Shown: in pieces, positions 37,207-47,502 of the stretch
Layout: each line of letters begins with the position of its first letter
Numbering within the stretch: the stretch's first letter is position 1
Source: an uncultured Candidatus Saccharibacteria bacterium
Lineage (GTDB): Bacteria > Patescibacteriota > Dojkabacteria > SC72
Assembly: GCA_964655705.1 (NCBI GenBank)
Contig: CAZZPP010000002.1
Span: forward strand, 32,231 to 96,230
Direction: 5' to 3'
Length of the DNA: 64,000 bases
Notes under the pieces: generated by a model
Databases searched by the model: none
Told to the model about the DNA's origin: nothing
The model's input: only the letters and a program-made list of their open reading frames with translations
Translations under genes and position numbers: made by a program

Positions 37207-40200
37207 TTAAACGTCTAAATTAGCTTTCTTAGCATATCTTTGAATGAATCTTCTTCTAGGAGGTACTTCACTTCCCATTAACATCTCAAAAGTTTTTTCA
37301 GCTTCCTCTGCATCTTCAATATGTACTCTCTTTAGGGCCCTGTTTTCTGGATTCATAGTGGTTTCCCATAACTGATCCGGGTTCATTTCTCCTAATCCCT
37401 TAAATCTGTTTGCTACAGGTGTTTTACCAGCGTTTTTAGCTTTCTTAACAAAAGCATCCTTCTCGTTATCATTTAGGAAGTAGTATTTCTTCTTACCAAT
37501 TTCTACTTTGTGAAGAGGTGGTTGTGCAACGTAAATATATCCTTGCTCTATTAAAGGCTTAAAGAATCTAAAAAGGAGTGTAAGTACCAATGTAGTTATA
37601 TGTAATCCATCTACATCTGCGTCACTCATTATTATTACTTTATGATACCTTAGCTTGCTTATATCAAGTGTTGTACCAATTCCCACCCCTAATGCTGTGG
37701 TAATATCTTTAAACTCATTGTTTCCCAGGACCCTATCTACCCTATATTTGTTTGTATTGATTATCTTACCTCTTAGAGGAAGTACAGCTTGAGTATGCCT
37801 ATCTCTACCTTGTTTAGCACTATTATGGACAAAGACCCCACTTGCAAGGGCAAAGTTATGTGTTTTTGGTACTTCCAAATCAAATACATCTATTTTTTCT
37901 TTCAAATATTCTATTGATACAATTTTATGATTAAAGTGTTTAACAGCATCTTCTAATCTCGCCATATCATTATCAAAAAATCTACTACATAGTGTGGGGA
38001 CTTTGAGTAGAGTTTTGTTGTTTAAATCTCTTCTTACCTTGTTATATGCTTCAACAGAAACCTCACCGAAAGTATCGTAGACAGATCTAAGGACTTTTAG
38101 ACTCCTGTCAAGATATGTCCTGTTGTACGCTTTTTTTCTTTTAAGTATAAATTCTTCAGTCCACTGCTCTTTAGTTTTTTCAGAGCGCCATTTAAGAAGT
38201 TCCACATTACTCCACTGCTTCTTGGCAGAAATGGATAATTTCTCTAAAGCCTCTGGGTTGTTTTTTAGATATTGAGAGACTTTTTTAGATTGTTTAAAAC
38301 GATTCTCTTTTTTACTCCAATACTCTTTTTGGAGAAGATTTAGTCTTCGATTGTTTTCTTTTTGATATTCTTCATTGGTGAAATAGAAGGCAAGGAATTT
38401 ATTCTTCATATATTCCTTGTACTCCTCGTTCTCCCACTGTTTCTTAGCATTCTTACTAAGAAGAGACCTTGTTGATGGTTTAAGCATTGAGTTTCTCATC
38501 TTCTCCTTAAACTCAGGGCTGCTTCTTAATACTCTAAGTTTCTCATATACTTGCTTAGTATGGAGGGTCTTTGCTATATGTTTCTGATGTATTACGAGAT
38601 GGTCTTCCTTGCTTAATCTAACAATATTGTTTGGATTATTATTTAACTTATTAAAATCTTTATGATGTTTGTAGGTACCCTCGAAGTTTTTGTATACATT
38701 ATGTCCCAAGTTATATTCATCTGACAATACATGTGTAAACACCCATTTTGAACTGGAGGGATTTAATACCATCTCATAGCCTTCTATTGTGATTCTTCCT
38801 TTTTTCTCTGACAATTTCTTGTACAAAGGCATAAGGGAGTCATGCTTGGAGAGATCTTTAGCTTTCTTGTATGACCCATCTCTAAGCATGAATTTGTGGT
38901 CAGGTGTACATACAATTTCCTCTCTGTTATCTAAAGTAACTTTAATAACTGGAGTATTTCTTTTTGTTCTTCTTACGTTTTGGATTTCTGAAATTGATAC
39001 CTTTCTACTATCTGTAATTGTATAGCAGTAGTTCTGTTTACCTTTCTTCTGCTCTTCAATTAATTCTAAGAAAGTCAAAGACCTCCCATCTGCAAGAGAC
39101 ACTCTTGTATCTCCAGAAAAACATCCACCGGCACTATCGCCTTCCACAATATACAGTTCAGAATCTTTAGGATCATTGCTAATACAATCTGCTAATTTAC
39201 CTGGTAAAGTAGTACTCTCTAATGCACTCTTTCTAATGACTGCATCTCTTGCTGCTTTAGCAGCAGCTTTTGCTTTGTAAGAAAGTATTGCTTTGTCTAA
39301 AATGGATTTTGCCTCCTTAGGATGTTCATCTAAGTATACTAGTAGTTCATCTCTAATTACTTTAGCTACAGCATTTTTAACCTCTGGATTATTTAACTTT
39401 ATTTTTGTTTGACCCTCAAATTGAGGATTTGCTACTTTAACAGATACTACTGCAGTTAAACCCTCTCTAACATCATCTCCATTTAAAGAGGTTGTTAAAC
39501 CTTTAAGGAGATCGGATTTCTGAGCATACGAATTAATTGCACTTGTAAGAGCAGTTCTAAAACCTGAAAGATGGGTACCACCCTCTGGATTTATGATGTT
39601 GTTAGTATAGCAGCGGACATTTTCATCCATTCCATTAGTGTATTGAATCGCAGATTCTACAATAATTCCATCTTGGTCTTTTTTAACATAGAAGGGGATA
39701 TCATTTACGAGTTTCTCGTCTATGTTCATAAACAGGACATATGACTTAATACCATCCTCAAAATACACATCAAAGATCTTAGGATCCTTACCCTCCTCTA
39801 CTCTTTCATCAAGAAGGGATATTCGTAGTCCTGCTGTTAGATATGCATGTTGTCTACATTTTTTAACTAACTCTTTGAAATCAAAATCTGTTTGCGTAAA
39901 TATCTGACTATCTGGCATAAATCTATGTTCTGTACCAGTTTCATTCTCAACACTCCCAACCTTTTTAACAGGTGCTTTCGGGATACCTCTTTGGTACTCT
40001 TGTTGATACACTCCACCATCTCTTCGTACAGTGGTAATCATCCATTCTGAGAGAGCATTAGTACATTTCATACCGACACCATGAAGACCTCCAGAAACTT
40101 TGTATGCACCCTCTTCAAACTTCCCACCTGCATGTAGATTAGTCATTACAGTTTCTAGTGTAGAAACCTTTGTCTGAGAGTGAATTTCTACTGGTATTCC

Positions 40201-40431
40201 CCTACCATTATCTTTAACAGAAAGAGAGCCATCTTTATGTAGTGTTACCCATATCCTGTCACAGTATCCTGCTATGGCTTCATCAACAGAGTTGTCTAAA
40301 ATCTCAGTAAATATATGGTGTAAACCATTCCTATCAGTAGATCCAATGTACATTGCAGGTCTTTTTCTTACTGCCTCAAGTCCTTGTAAGACCTGAATAT
40401 TGGATGCTTTGTAATCACTCTTCTTTGGCAT
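37207..40431 (-). CDS. gyrB: DNA gyrase subunit B, intein-containing precursor
   Basis: GHKL ATPase N-terminus (ILDNSVDEA, GLHGVG). The conserved EGDSAGG|SAKQGRD is split by a 434-aa insertion. TOPRIM/C-terminal domain is intact. Confidence 0.9.
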   Translation of the reverse strand: MPKKSDYKASNIQVLQGLEAVRKRPAMYIGSTDRNGLHHIFTEILDNSVDEAIAGYCDRIWVTLHKDGSLSVKDNGRGIPVEIHSQTKVSTLETVMTNLHAGGKFEEGAYKVSGGLHGVGMKCTNALSEWMITTVRRDGGVYQQEYQRGIPKAPVKKVGSVENETGTEHRFMPDSQIFTQTDFDFKELVKKCRQHAYLTAGLRISLLDERVEEGKDPKIFDVYFEDGIKSYVLFMNIDEKLVNDIPFYVKKDQDGIIVESAIQYTNGMDENVRCYTNNIINPEGGTHLSGFRTALTSAINSYAQKSDLLKGLTTSLNGDDVREGLTAVVSVKVANPQFEGQTKIKLNNPEVKNAVAKVIRDELLVYLDEHPKEAKSILDKAILSYKAKAAAKAARDAVIRKSALESTTLPGKLADCISNDPKDSELYIVEGDSAGGCFSGDTRVSLADGRSLTFLELIEEQKKGKQNYCYTITDSRKVSISEIQNVRRTKRNTPVIKVTLDNREEIVCTPDHKFMLRDGSYKKAKDLSKHDSLMPLYKKLSEKKGRITIEGYEMVLNPSSSKWVFTHVLSDEYNLGHNVYKNFEGTYKHHKDFNKLNNNPNNIVRLSKEDHLVIHQKHIAKTLHTKQVYEKLRVLRSSPEFKEKMRNSMLKPSTRSLLSKNAKKQWENEEYKEYMKNKFLAFYFTNEEYQKENNRRLNLLQKEYWSKKENRFKQSKKVSQYLKNNPEALEKLSISAKKQWSNVELLKWRSEKTKEQWTEEFILKRKKAYNRTYLDRSLKVLRSVYDTFGEVSVEAYNKVRRDLNNKTLLKVPTLCSRFFDNDMARLEDAVKHFNHKIVSIEYLKEKIDVFDLEVPKTHNFALASGVFVHNSAKQGRDRHTQAVLPLRGKIINTNKYRVDRVLGNNEFKDITTALGVGIGTTLDISKLRYHKVIIMSDADVDGLHITTLVLTLLFRFFKPLIEQGYIYVAQPPLHKVEIGKKKYYFLNDNEKDAFVKKAKNAGKTPVANRFKGLGEMNPDQLWETTMNPENRALKRVHIEDAEEAEKTFEMLMGSEVPPRRRFIQRYAKKANLDV
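37822..39123 (-). mobile_element. GyrB intein (434 aa) with HNH-type homing endonuclease domain
   Basis: Starts with Cys after GDSAGG (CFSGDTRVSLADG, Hint block A). Ends with VFVHN followed by +1 Ser. Internal HHKDFNKLNNNPNNIVRLSKEDHLVIHQ is an HNH motif. Long Lys/Glu-rich linker. Confidence 0.8.
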
Positions 40432-40523
40432 TATCTATATTTTTTAAATTAGTAATTCTCAATTCAATTCCCAAAGCCAACCTCTATTCTAATATATTAT
40501 GGGGCTAAATGTTAAGAGGCTAA

Positions 40524-41192
40524 TTAGCTTGTTAATACAAGGAAAAGGTTTTCTAGGAGTAATCTCCTGTTACCATTCGCTTCTATTCTCTTTCTAGTTT
40601 TTGAAATCTGTAGAATATTATCATATATCTGTTTTGATTGCTCATCACTTTCTAAAAGTTCTTGATAGTAGGACTCAATCTGATTAAGTAGTTGTTTTGT
40701 ACTATCCATTTCCTTAGAGATTTTTTCAATATCATTGAATGCCTCTACCAAGTCTTTACCTAAAATACTTGGAATCCCTTTATCCTCATTCTCCTGTCTA
40801 ACTTGTTTGGTATATATCTTCATTGACCTAGAGAGAATTGTCGGAAGTAAATTCCTCTCATTTGATGTTACTAATATGTATGCAGTTGTGTTACTACTGT
40901 CCTCCAATGTCTTAAGAAAGGAGTTTTGGGCTTGAGTGGTTAGTTTTTCTGCATTATATATTAGGGCTACTTGAACAGATTCACTGTAAGGGGTATATAC
41001 CATCTCTTTTTGAAGTTTTTTAACATCATCAATTCCAATACTATTAATATTGCTACTCTCAATCATATGTAGGTCAGGAGATATTAAACAGGAGATATCT
41101 TGGGTGACTTCTCTTTCCCATAACTGGGAGAGTAATGAGGTGATTTGCTCATTAATATTTCTTGTATTATTTCCTACAATGAGATATGTCAT
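40524..41192 (-). CDS. holB: DNA polymerase III delta-prime-like subunit (degenerate P-loop)
   Basis: NSFLKTLEDSSNTTAYILVTSNERNLLPTILSRS matches the clamp-loader sensor / SRC-like motif. N-terminal LIVGNNTRN is a degenerate Walker A. 222 aa, short. Confidence 0.55.
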   Translation of the reverse strand: MTYLIVGNNTRNINEQITSLLSQLWEREVTQDISCLISPDLHMIESSNINSIGIDDVKKLQKEMVYTPYSESVQVALIYNAEKLTTQAQNSFLKTLEDSSNTTAYILVTSNERNLLPTILSRSMKIYTKQVRQENEDKGIPSILGKDLVEAFNDIEKISKEMDSTKQLLNQIESYYQELLESDEQSKQIYDNILQISKTRKRIEANGNRRLLLENLFLVLTS

Positions 41193-41363
41193 AACTATAT
41201 ATATTTTACCATATTTAGGGAAAGATTACCCGTAAAGAAGGTGCCTAAAATGTTGATATTTAAAGATTCCAACCAGTAATATCTCAATTCTAGTTATAGG
41301 TCGTGCAATGAACCTATTCTCCTGTTATCATTATCTAATACTAAATTTGACTGCCTAATTTTT

Positions 41364-43166
41364 GTGGCCCAAGAGACACTTCTTACATATTTACAAAGAC
41401 AGGGTGTAATCAATTCTGCTGACGCTGTTAAAGTACAGGTTGAGAGAAGTCGCTCTCCTAAAAGTGAAGAGTCCATTATTAGGGAGATGGGTCTTGCAGA
41501 TGAGTTGTCAATTGCTAAAGCTAAGTCATATCTTTTCAATATCCCCTATGTTGATTTAATCGAGAATGATGTACCTGAGAGTGTAATTGCTGAGGTACCA
41601 ATAGATAATTTGAAAAAGTATAGGGCTGTTCCTTTTGAAAGAGGAGAGAATTTTGTTAAATTGGCAATGTTAGATCCTTTTGATGTTCAGGCAACACAGG
41701 CACTGCAAAGAAGATATCCTCCCAATACGAAGATAATTGTATATATTACTACAGAAGATGGCTTAAACTTTGTACTAGACAGGAGAATTGGTGATGTAAT
41801 GAGTTCTGAGGTTACACAGGCACTTGAGGATGTGGATGTACCTGTTCAAGAGATTGATGAAGATCCTAACCTAATTGATAGTATTGATTTAAAGAATGCT
41901 CCTGTTGCTAGAATAGTGAATTCGATTATGCAATATGCTGTTACATCTAAGACTTCAGATATCCATGTTGAACCTATGGAAACAAGACTAAGGATTAGAT
42001 TTAGAATCCATGGAGTAATGACCGAAAGACTTTCCCTTCCTAAGACTTTAGCTCCTGCAATAGTGTCTCGTATAAAGATTATGTCCAATCTTAAAATTGA
42101 TGAGAAAAGGGTCCCTCAGGATGGTAGATTCCAGATTAAAGTTAAAAATATTAAGGTTGATATTCGTGTTTCTGTTATGCCTATGATTCATGGTGAGAAA
42201 GTAGTTATGCGTTTACTTGAGTCTGATACCTCAGGTATTACTTTAGAGTCTACTGGTATGAGGGGGAATGCTTACAAGATATTTTTAGATGCTCTAACTG
42301 TTACCAATGGTATTGTATTGGTTACCGGTCCTACTGGTTCTGGTAAGACTAGGACTTTGGCATGTTCCTTAATTAAGGTCAATGATCCAGGAGTAAATAT
42401 CATCTCTTTAGAAAATCCTGTTGAAATTAGAGTCCCAGGTGTTACTCAAGTTCAAATTAATCCTGATGTTGGACTTACATTTGCTAATGGTTTGAGGTCT
42501 GTATTAAGACAAGACCCTGATATTGTTATGGTTGGAGAGATTAGAGACCAGGAGACAGCGGAGCTAGCTATACAGGCATCTCTAACAGGTCACTTAGTTC
42601 TTTCTACATTACACACTAACAGTGCTGCTGCAGCAATACCAAGGCTTTTAGATATGGGTATGGAGCCATATCTTTTGGCTTCTACAATTCGTGTTCTTGT
42701 TGCTCAACGTTTACCAAGAAAAATATGTACTAGATGTATTAAAGCAGTACCTGCTACTCCTGGGGAGGTACGTGAGATTACGGATTCTTTGTCTGGAATT
42801 AAAAATTTTGATTTAATTAAATATCTTACACAGGTAATTAGTGCTAAGAAGGCAAAGGGAGAGGAAGGTTCTGCAGTCTTGAAAGCTCCTGAGATTGGTG
42901 CTGATGGGCAACCGATAATATATGTGTATGAGGGTTCTGGTTGTGACAGGTGTGGTGGTTCTGGGTATTCTAGTCGTATTGGTATTTTTGAGGTATTGGA
43001 TGTTACTGAAAAAATTAGTAGAATGGTAATGGAGAATGTTACAGCTCAAGATATTGAGAACGAGGCAAAGAGTAATGGTATGATTACGATGACTCAAGAT
43101 GGCTTTTTAAAGGTACTCGAAGGAATTACTAGTATTGAGGAAGTCCTAAGAGTGTCAAAAGAATAA
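41364..43166 (+). CDS. pilB: Type IV pilus assembly ATPase PilB (GspE family)
   Basis: N-terminal GSPII_E_N domain. Walker A VTGPTGSGKT. Asp/His boxes. C-terminal tetracysteine (C..C..CDRCGGSGY). Confidence 0.85.
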   Translation: MAQETLLTYLQRQGVINSADAVKVQVERSRSPKSEESIIREMGLADELSIAKAKSYLFNIPYVDLIENDVPESVIAEVPIDNLKKYRAVPFERGENFVKLAMLDPFDVQATQALQRRYPPNTKIIVYITTEDGLNFVLDRRIGDVMSSEVTQALEDVDVPVQEIDEDPNLIDSIDLKNAPVARIVNSIMQYAVTSKTSDIHVEPMETRLRIRFRIHGVMTERLSLPKTLAPAIVSRIKIMSNLKIDEKRVPQDGRFQIKVKNIKVDIRVSVMPMIHGEKVVMRLLESDTSGITLESTGMRGNAYKIFLDALTVTNGIVLVTGPTGSGKTRTLACSLIKVNDPGVNIISLENPVEIRVPGVTQVQINPDVGLTFANGLRSVLRQDPDIVMVGEIRDQETAELAIQASLTGHLVLSTLHTNSAAAAIPRLLDMGMEPYLLASTIRVLVAQRLPRKICTRCIKAVPATPGEVREITDSLSGIKNFDLIKYLTQVISAKKAKGEEGSAVLKAPEIGADGQPIIYVYEGSGCDRCGGSGYSSRIGIFEVLDVTEKISRMVMENVTAQDIENEAKSNGMITMTQDGFLKVLEGITSIEEVLRVSKE

Positions 43167-43188
43167 ATTTAGGATATAATGAAAAACA

Positions 43189-44664
43189 ATGGAAGACAAT
43201 ACTGCCCAGAATAGTACGGTACAATACCCTGACTTATCTCAGGCTACTACACCAATTCAGACTCAACCTCCAGTTGGAGATTTTACCTCGCAGACACCTG
43301 GGGTGTCAGATATACCTATTCCTGTAATTCCTACTACACCACCTCCTACGACACAAGTATCTCCTCCAGCCCCTACTTTGCAACCAGCTGAAGAAGAGTT
43401 AATCAATATTAACGAGGCTTTGCCAATTAATGATTTAAACAAGGAGGTTCCACTTAAGGGAGTTGTTGAGAATGAGTTACAAGATATTATCCCAGATGAG
43501 AAGGTGCCTAAGGCTTTAAAAAGAGATCCTAAAAGGGATAATCTTTCGAAGCCTTTGGATGCAGATGAACTTCGTTCTGATGTCCTTCCTAAACTGTCTG
43601 ATACTTCCAAAATTGATGAACTTTTAAGGTATGCAATACAACATAATGCTTCTGATTTACACATTACTGCTGGGTATCCCCCAATTGTTAGGATTGATGG
43701 GGAATTAATGGAAATTAGTGAAGCAGTAATTACACCTGAGGAAGCAGAGAGTTTAATATTACCAGTATTAAGTGAAGAGAAAAGGGAGCTTCTAGAAGTA
43801 AACAGAGAAGTGGATTTAGCCTACTTCCATCAGGGTGAGAGTCAAGCAAGGTTCAGGATAAATGCCTACTATACAATGAAAAATATGGCAGCTGCATTCA
43901 GGTTAATTCCTTCTAGGGTAAGAAAGATTGATGAGTTGTTTCTTCCAAATATATATCATCAGTTTGCTCAACTTAAACAGGGATTCATATTAGTAACGGG
44001 TCCTACAGGACATGGTAAGAGTACTACTTTAGCAGCAATACTAGAAGAGATTAATATGACTAGATTTGCACATATTGTTACCATTGAAGACCCAATAGAG
44101 TATGTTTTTGAGGGTAAGAAATCATTGATTGATCAAAGAGAGATGAACGATGATACCCACTCTTGGCCAATTGCACTTAGAAGTGCACTAAGGCAGGATC
44201 CAGATGTAATACTTGTAGGAGAGATGAGAGACTATGAAACAATTGCTTCAGCTATTACACTTGCAGAAACAGGGCACTTAGTATTTGCTACACTACATAC
44301 TAATAGTGCAGCACAAACAGTAGATAGGATGATTGATGTATTTCCACATAATCAACAACCACAGATAAGGTTACAGCTATCAAATATCTTAGAAGCTATT
44401 GTAGCTCAGAGATTAATACCATTAGACAAGGGTGGTAGAAGAGCTGTATGTGAGATTATGATTGCTAATCCTGCAGTTAGGAATATGATTAGAGAGGCTA
44501 AGACACATCAGATTGATAACGTTATTCGAACGAGTGCAGATATTGGAATGGTTTCCTTAGAGAGATCTTTAGTTTCTCTTGTAAGGGAGGGTGTAATATC
44601 TGTCCAAAAAGCTCAGGAGTATGCTGTATTTCCTGAGGAAGTTTTAAGATTACTTAAAAGTTAA
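43189..44664 (+). CDS. pilT: Type IV pilus retraction ATPase PilT with about 140-aa Pro/Thr-rich N-terminal extension
   Basis: Core from IDELLRYAIQHNASDLHITAGYPPIVRIDG. Walker A LVTGPTGHGKST. HLVFATLHTNSAAQTVDRMIDVFP. AIRNLIRE-like motif (AVRNMIRE). Confidence 0.8.
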   Translation: MEDNTAQNSTVQYPDLSQATTPIQTQPPVGDFTSQTPGVSDIPIPVIPTTPPPTTQVSPPAPTLQPAEEELININEALPINDLNKEVPLKGVVENELQDIIPDEKVPKALKRDPKRDNLSKPLDADELRSDVLPKLSDTSKIDELLRYAIQHNASDLHITAGYPPIVRIDGELMEISEAVITPEEAESLILPVLSEEKRELLEVNREVDLAYFHQGESQARFRINAYYTMKNMAAAFRLIPSRVRKIDELFLPNIYHQFAQLKQGFILVTGPTGHGKSTTLAAILEEINMTRFAHIVTIEDPIEYVFEGKKSLIDQREMNDDTHSWPIALRSALRQDPDVILVGEMRDYETIASAITLAETGHLVFATLHTNSAAQTVDRMIDVFPHNQQPQIRLQLSNILEAIVAQRLIPLDKGGRRAVCEIMIANPAVRNMIREAKTHQIDNVIRTSADIGMVSLERSLVSLVREGVISVQKAQEYAVFPEEVLRLLKS

Positions 44665-44669
44665 ATAAT

Positions 44670-45911
44670 ATGCCAAATTTTACATACTCAGCTAGAGATA
44701 GCAAAGGAAAAGAGTTAAAGGGAAAGTTAGAGGCCAGAGATGCACAGGCAGTTGTTGAGATACTTCAGGATAAGGGGCTGGTTGTTGTTAATGTTAAAGA
44801 GAGGGCATCAATAGATTTAGAAGAGTTGGGTAGCATAAATATTGGTGGAGTTCCAATGAAGGACAAGGTTGTCTTTATGAGACAGCTTGCAACTATGGTA
44901 GGTGCTGGTTTACCTCTTACAAGGGGTTTACAAGTATTAGAGCAACAGATTGCTAACCCAATGTTTAAAAAAGTAATTACTCAGGTAAAGGCTTCGGTAG
45001 AGGCTGGTAAGAGTTTAGCTGATTCTTTTAGGCAGTCAGATGAGGTATTTGATGATATTACTATTAACCTCATTGAGGCTGGTGAGTCTAGTGGTAATTT
45101 AGATGAGATATTGAATAAGTTAGCCATTGAGTTAGAAGAGGGTAAAAAATTACAAGGTAAACTTAAGGGAGCACTTACCTATCCAGTTATTCTTTTAGTC
45201 ATAATTGTTGGAGTTATGGTATTAATGATGTTAGTGTTAGTTCCTGCAATGAGTGATATATATGGTGAGTTTGGAGGAGAGTTACCAACAATAACAAGGA
45301 TAATGGTTGCTATGAGTGATTTCTTCATAAATTACTGGTGGGCATTGCTTGTAGCTCTTTTAGGATTAATAATTGGATTTAAAGTTTGGGTAGATACTCC
45401 TAATGGTAAGAGGAGTTGGAACAAGATTATCCTTAAGATTCCAATTATGGGTGTAATTGTTAGTAAGATGCAAATTGCACAGTTTACTAGAATATTGGGT
45501 CTTTTACTAAGTAGTGGTCTGTCCATTATTAGGGCATTAGAACTTACAGCTATGTCACTTAGTAATGTAATGTTTAAAGAGGTAGTACTAGAAGCAAGAG
45601 ATGAGGTAGAAAAGGGTGGCTCTTTAGCTCTTCCAATTGCTAGGAGTGATTACTACCCTCTCATTGTTAGTAGTATGATTGCAGTTGGTGAAGAGACTGG
45701 TGAGTTAGATACAGTATTGTCTAAAGTATCTCAGTATTACAAAGAGGAGGTTGATCAGGCTACAGAGAATATGTCTTCTTTACTAGAGCCTATTTTCCTT
45801 GTAATTATGGGTATTGCTGTAGCTTTCATAGCACTGGGAGTATATACACCTATGTTCCAACTTTCAGAGGTTATGGGTATGGTAGTTGACTTTGTTAGTT
45901 TAATTGTATAA
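44670..45911 (+). CDS. pilC: Type IV pilus inner-membrane platform protein PilC (GspF family)
   Basis: MPNFTYSARDSKGKELKGKLEA N-terminus and two GspF repeats, each with TM helices. Confidence 0.85.
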   Translation: MPNFTYSARDSKGKELKGKLEARDAQAVVEILQDKGLVVVNVKERASIDLEELGSINIGGVPMKDKVVFMRQLATMVGAGLPLTRGLQVLEQQIANPMFKKVITQVKASVEAGKSLADSFRQSDEVFDDITINLIEAGESSGNLDEILNKLAIELEEGKKLQGKLKGALTYPVILLVIIVGVMVLMMLVLVPAMSDIYGEFGGELPTITRIMVAMSDFFINYWWALLVALLGLIIGFKVWVDTPNGKRSWNKIILKIPIMGVIVSKMQIAQFTRILGLLLSSGLSIIRALELTAMSLSNVMFKEVVLEARDEVEKGGSLALPIARSDYYPLIVSSMIAVGEETGELDTVLSKVSQYYKEEVDQATENMSSLLEPIFLVIMGIAVAFIALGVYTPMFQLSEVMGMVVDFVSLIV

Positions 45912-45954
45912 GTTATATATATTAATTAAATAATTTTTTATTTTATATAAACTA

Positions 45955-46572
45955 ATGAATAGAAAATATTCAGGTTTTACACTAGTAGAGATGCTTATCG
46001 TAATGGGTATTATCATTATCCTTATGGTAGTTGGTATCACTGCTGGTAGATTTGCTATCAATAGAGCAAATGATGTAGCACATCAAAATGCTGTTGACCA
46101 ACTTTATACTTCCCTTCAAGCATTCTATACAGATGAAAGGCAGTATCCAGATGAGTCTATTTGTGGTGCGGGTGGATGTACTATCCAAAATTTAGTTTCT
46201 GGTACAACATGTGCTGACCCCTTAGGGACTAAAACAGATTGCTTCTTAGTACCATATATTGACCAAGATGCTTTTGATGGAGGTAGTGAAGCCACATATT
46301 ACTATGGTATTGGTGGAGATAGTGGCAATCAAGCAGTATTAGCATGTGTTTCAATGAGAGGAAACTATGAGGGAAATTTCGACACCACCAGAAATGATGG
46401 TATTGTATATTGTTCTGGAAACGGCTTCGGAATAGCTATGGATTTCACTGGAGTGGGTACTGGGACGGGTTTTACAGTAGCAACAAAGGAAACAAGAGAT
46501 GACGATCCTGCCTGGGCAGGTTTTGATGCTTTAGATGACGAGTCAGATTGGGATGGTGATACCTGGGAATAA
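45955..46572 (+). CDS. pilA: Type IV pilin (candidate major pilin)
   Basis: Class III signal KYSG|FTLVEMLIVMGIIIIL (Gly-1, Glu+5). Gly/Thr/Asp-rich C-terminal tail with Cys pairs. Confidence 0.75.
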   Translation: MNRKYSGFTLVEMLIVMGIIIILMVVGITAGRFAINRANDVAHQNAVDQLYTSLQAFYTDERQYPDESICGAGGCTIQNLVSGTTCADPLGTKTDCFLVPYIDQDAFDGGSEATYYYGIGGDSGNQAVLACVSMRGNYEGNFDTTRNDGIVYCSGNGFGIAMDFTGVGTGTGFTVATKETRDDDPAWAGFDALDDESDWDGDTWE

Positions 46573-46665
46573 AAATAATAATCCCTAAATCATTAAAAAC
46601 TGATAACCCCCTCCTTTTGAGGGGGTTTTCCTTTCATATTTCATAAAAATATATATAATGGGTAT

Positions 46666-47430
46666 ATGCATATATATTTTACATTCATAATATTTCTCTT
46701 TGGATTAGTAATAGCAAGTTTTTTAAATGCACTGCTGTATAGAATAGATAACGGATATAAATATCCAGATATCTTTATTAAAGGATCTCACTGTGAGAAA
46801 TGTGGTAAGTTACTTAAAACATACGAATTAATACCAGTAATATCATATTTCATATTTAAAGGTAAATGCCCTGTATGTAAATACAAAATACCACTATATT
46901 ACCCTATCTCTGAATTAATGTTAGGTATTGGTATGGCAAGTATATATTACTACTCTCTATCCCCTATCCTATACATTGTATTACTCTTCTTCTTCTCTTT
47001 CTCATATTACGACAGGATATACAAAGGGGTACCCCAATCCCTAGTAAACATCTATCTCATATTCTCTGTCATATATCTTTTTTTTAATATCCTCTCTACA
47101 CACTCAATACCCCCAAACGCCATATTAGTAGGTATGGGGTTTTCTGTATTTATTCTAATTGTTGGAAAGATTATGAAGAAACCCTTCGGTATGGGTGATA
47201 TACTAGTTCTTTTGGGATTAAGTATTGTATTAAGTCTTAAACTTTACATTGGGTATATATATATCTTCTTAATACTATCTAGTGTATATTCCTTAGTTAC
47301 AATTATATCTAAGAAAAGAACTACTAAATCATCCATTGCCCTACTTCCCTTTATGTATATCTCTCTGTCCTTACTATTTCTTCTTAACAAAGTAGTTATA
47401 GATATTTTCTTAAAGGTATTTTACTTTTAA
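46666..47430 (+). CDS. pilD: Prepilin peptidase PilD (peptidase A24)
   Basis: GLVIASFLNALLYR. Tetracysteine CEKCGK ... GKCPVCKYKI. Multiple TM helices. Confidence 0.85.
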   Translation: MHIYFTFIIFLFGLVIASFLNALLYRIDNGYKYPDIFIKGSHCEKCGKLLKTYELIPVISYFIFKGKCPVCKYKIPLYYPISELMLGIGMASIYYYSLSPILYIVLLFFFSFSYYDRIYKGVPQSLVNIYLIFSVIYLFFNILSTHSIPPNAILVGMGFSVFILIVGKIMKKPFGMGDILVLLGLSIVLSLKLYIGYIYIFLILSSVYSLVTIISKKRTTKSSIALLPFMYISLSLLFLLNKVVIDIFLKVFYF

Positions 47431-47502
47431 GTATTCTTCTCTATTGAGTAGTTAGTAAAATTTTGTTAAATTATATATAGTTATACTTTAGAAGAACTGT
47501 CC

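Noticed and set aside
41294-41539. 81-aa minus-strand ORF across the holB/pilB divergent promoter and the pilB 5' end.
   Set aside because: Overlaps the pilB N-terminus, which carries a conserved GSPII_E_N domain, and has no motif of its own.
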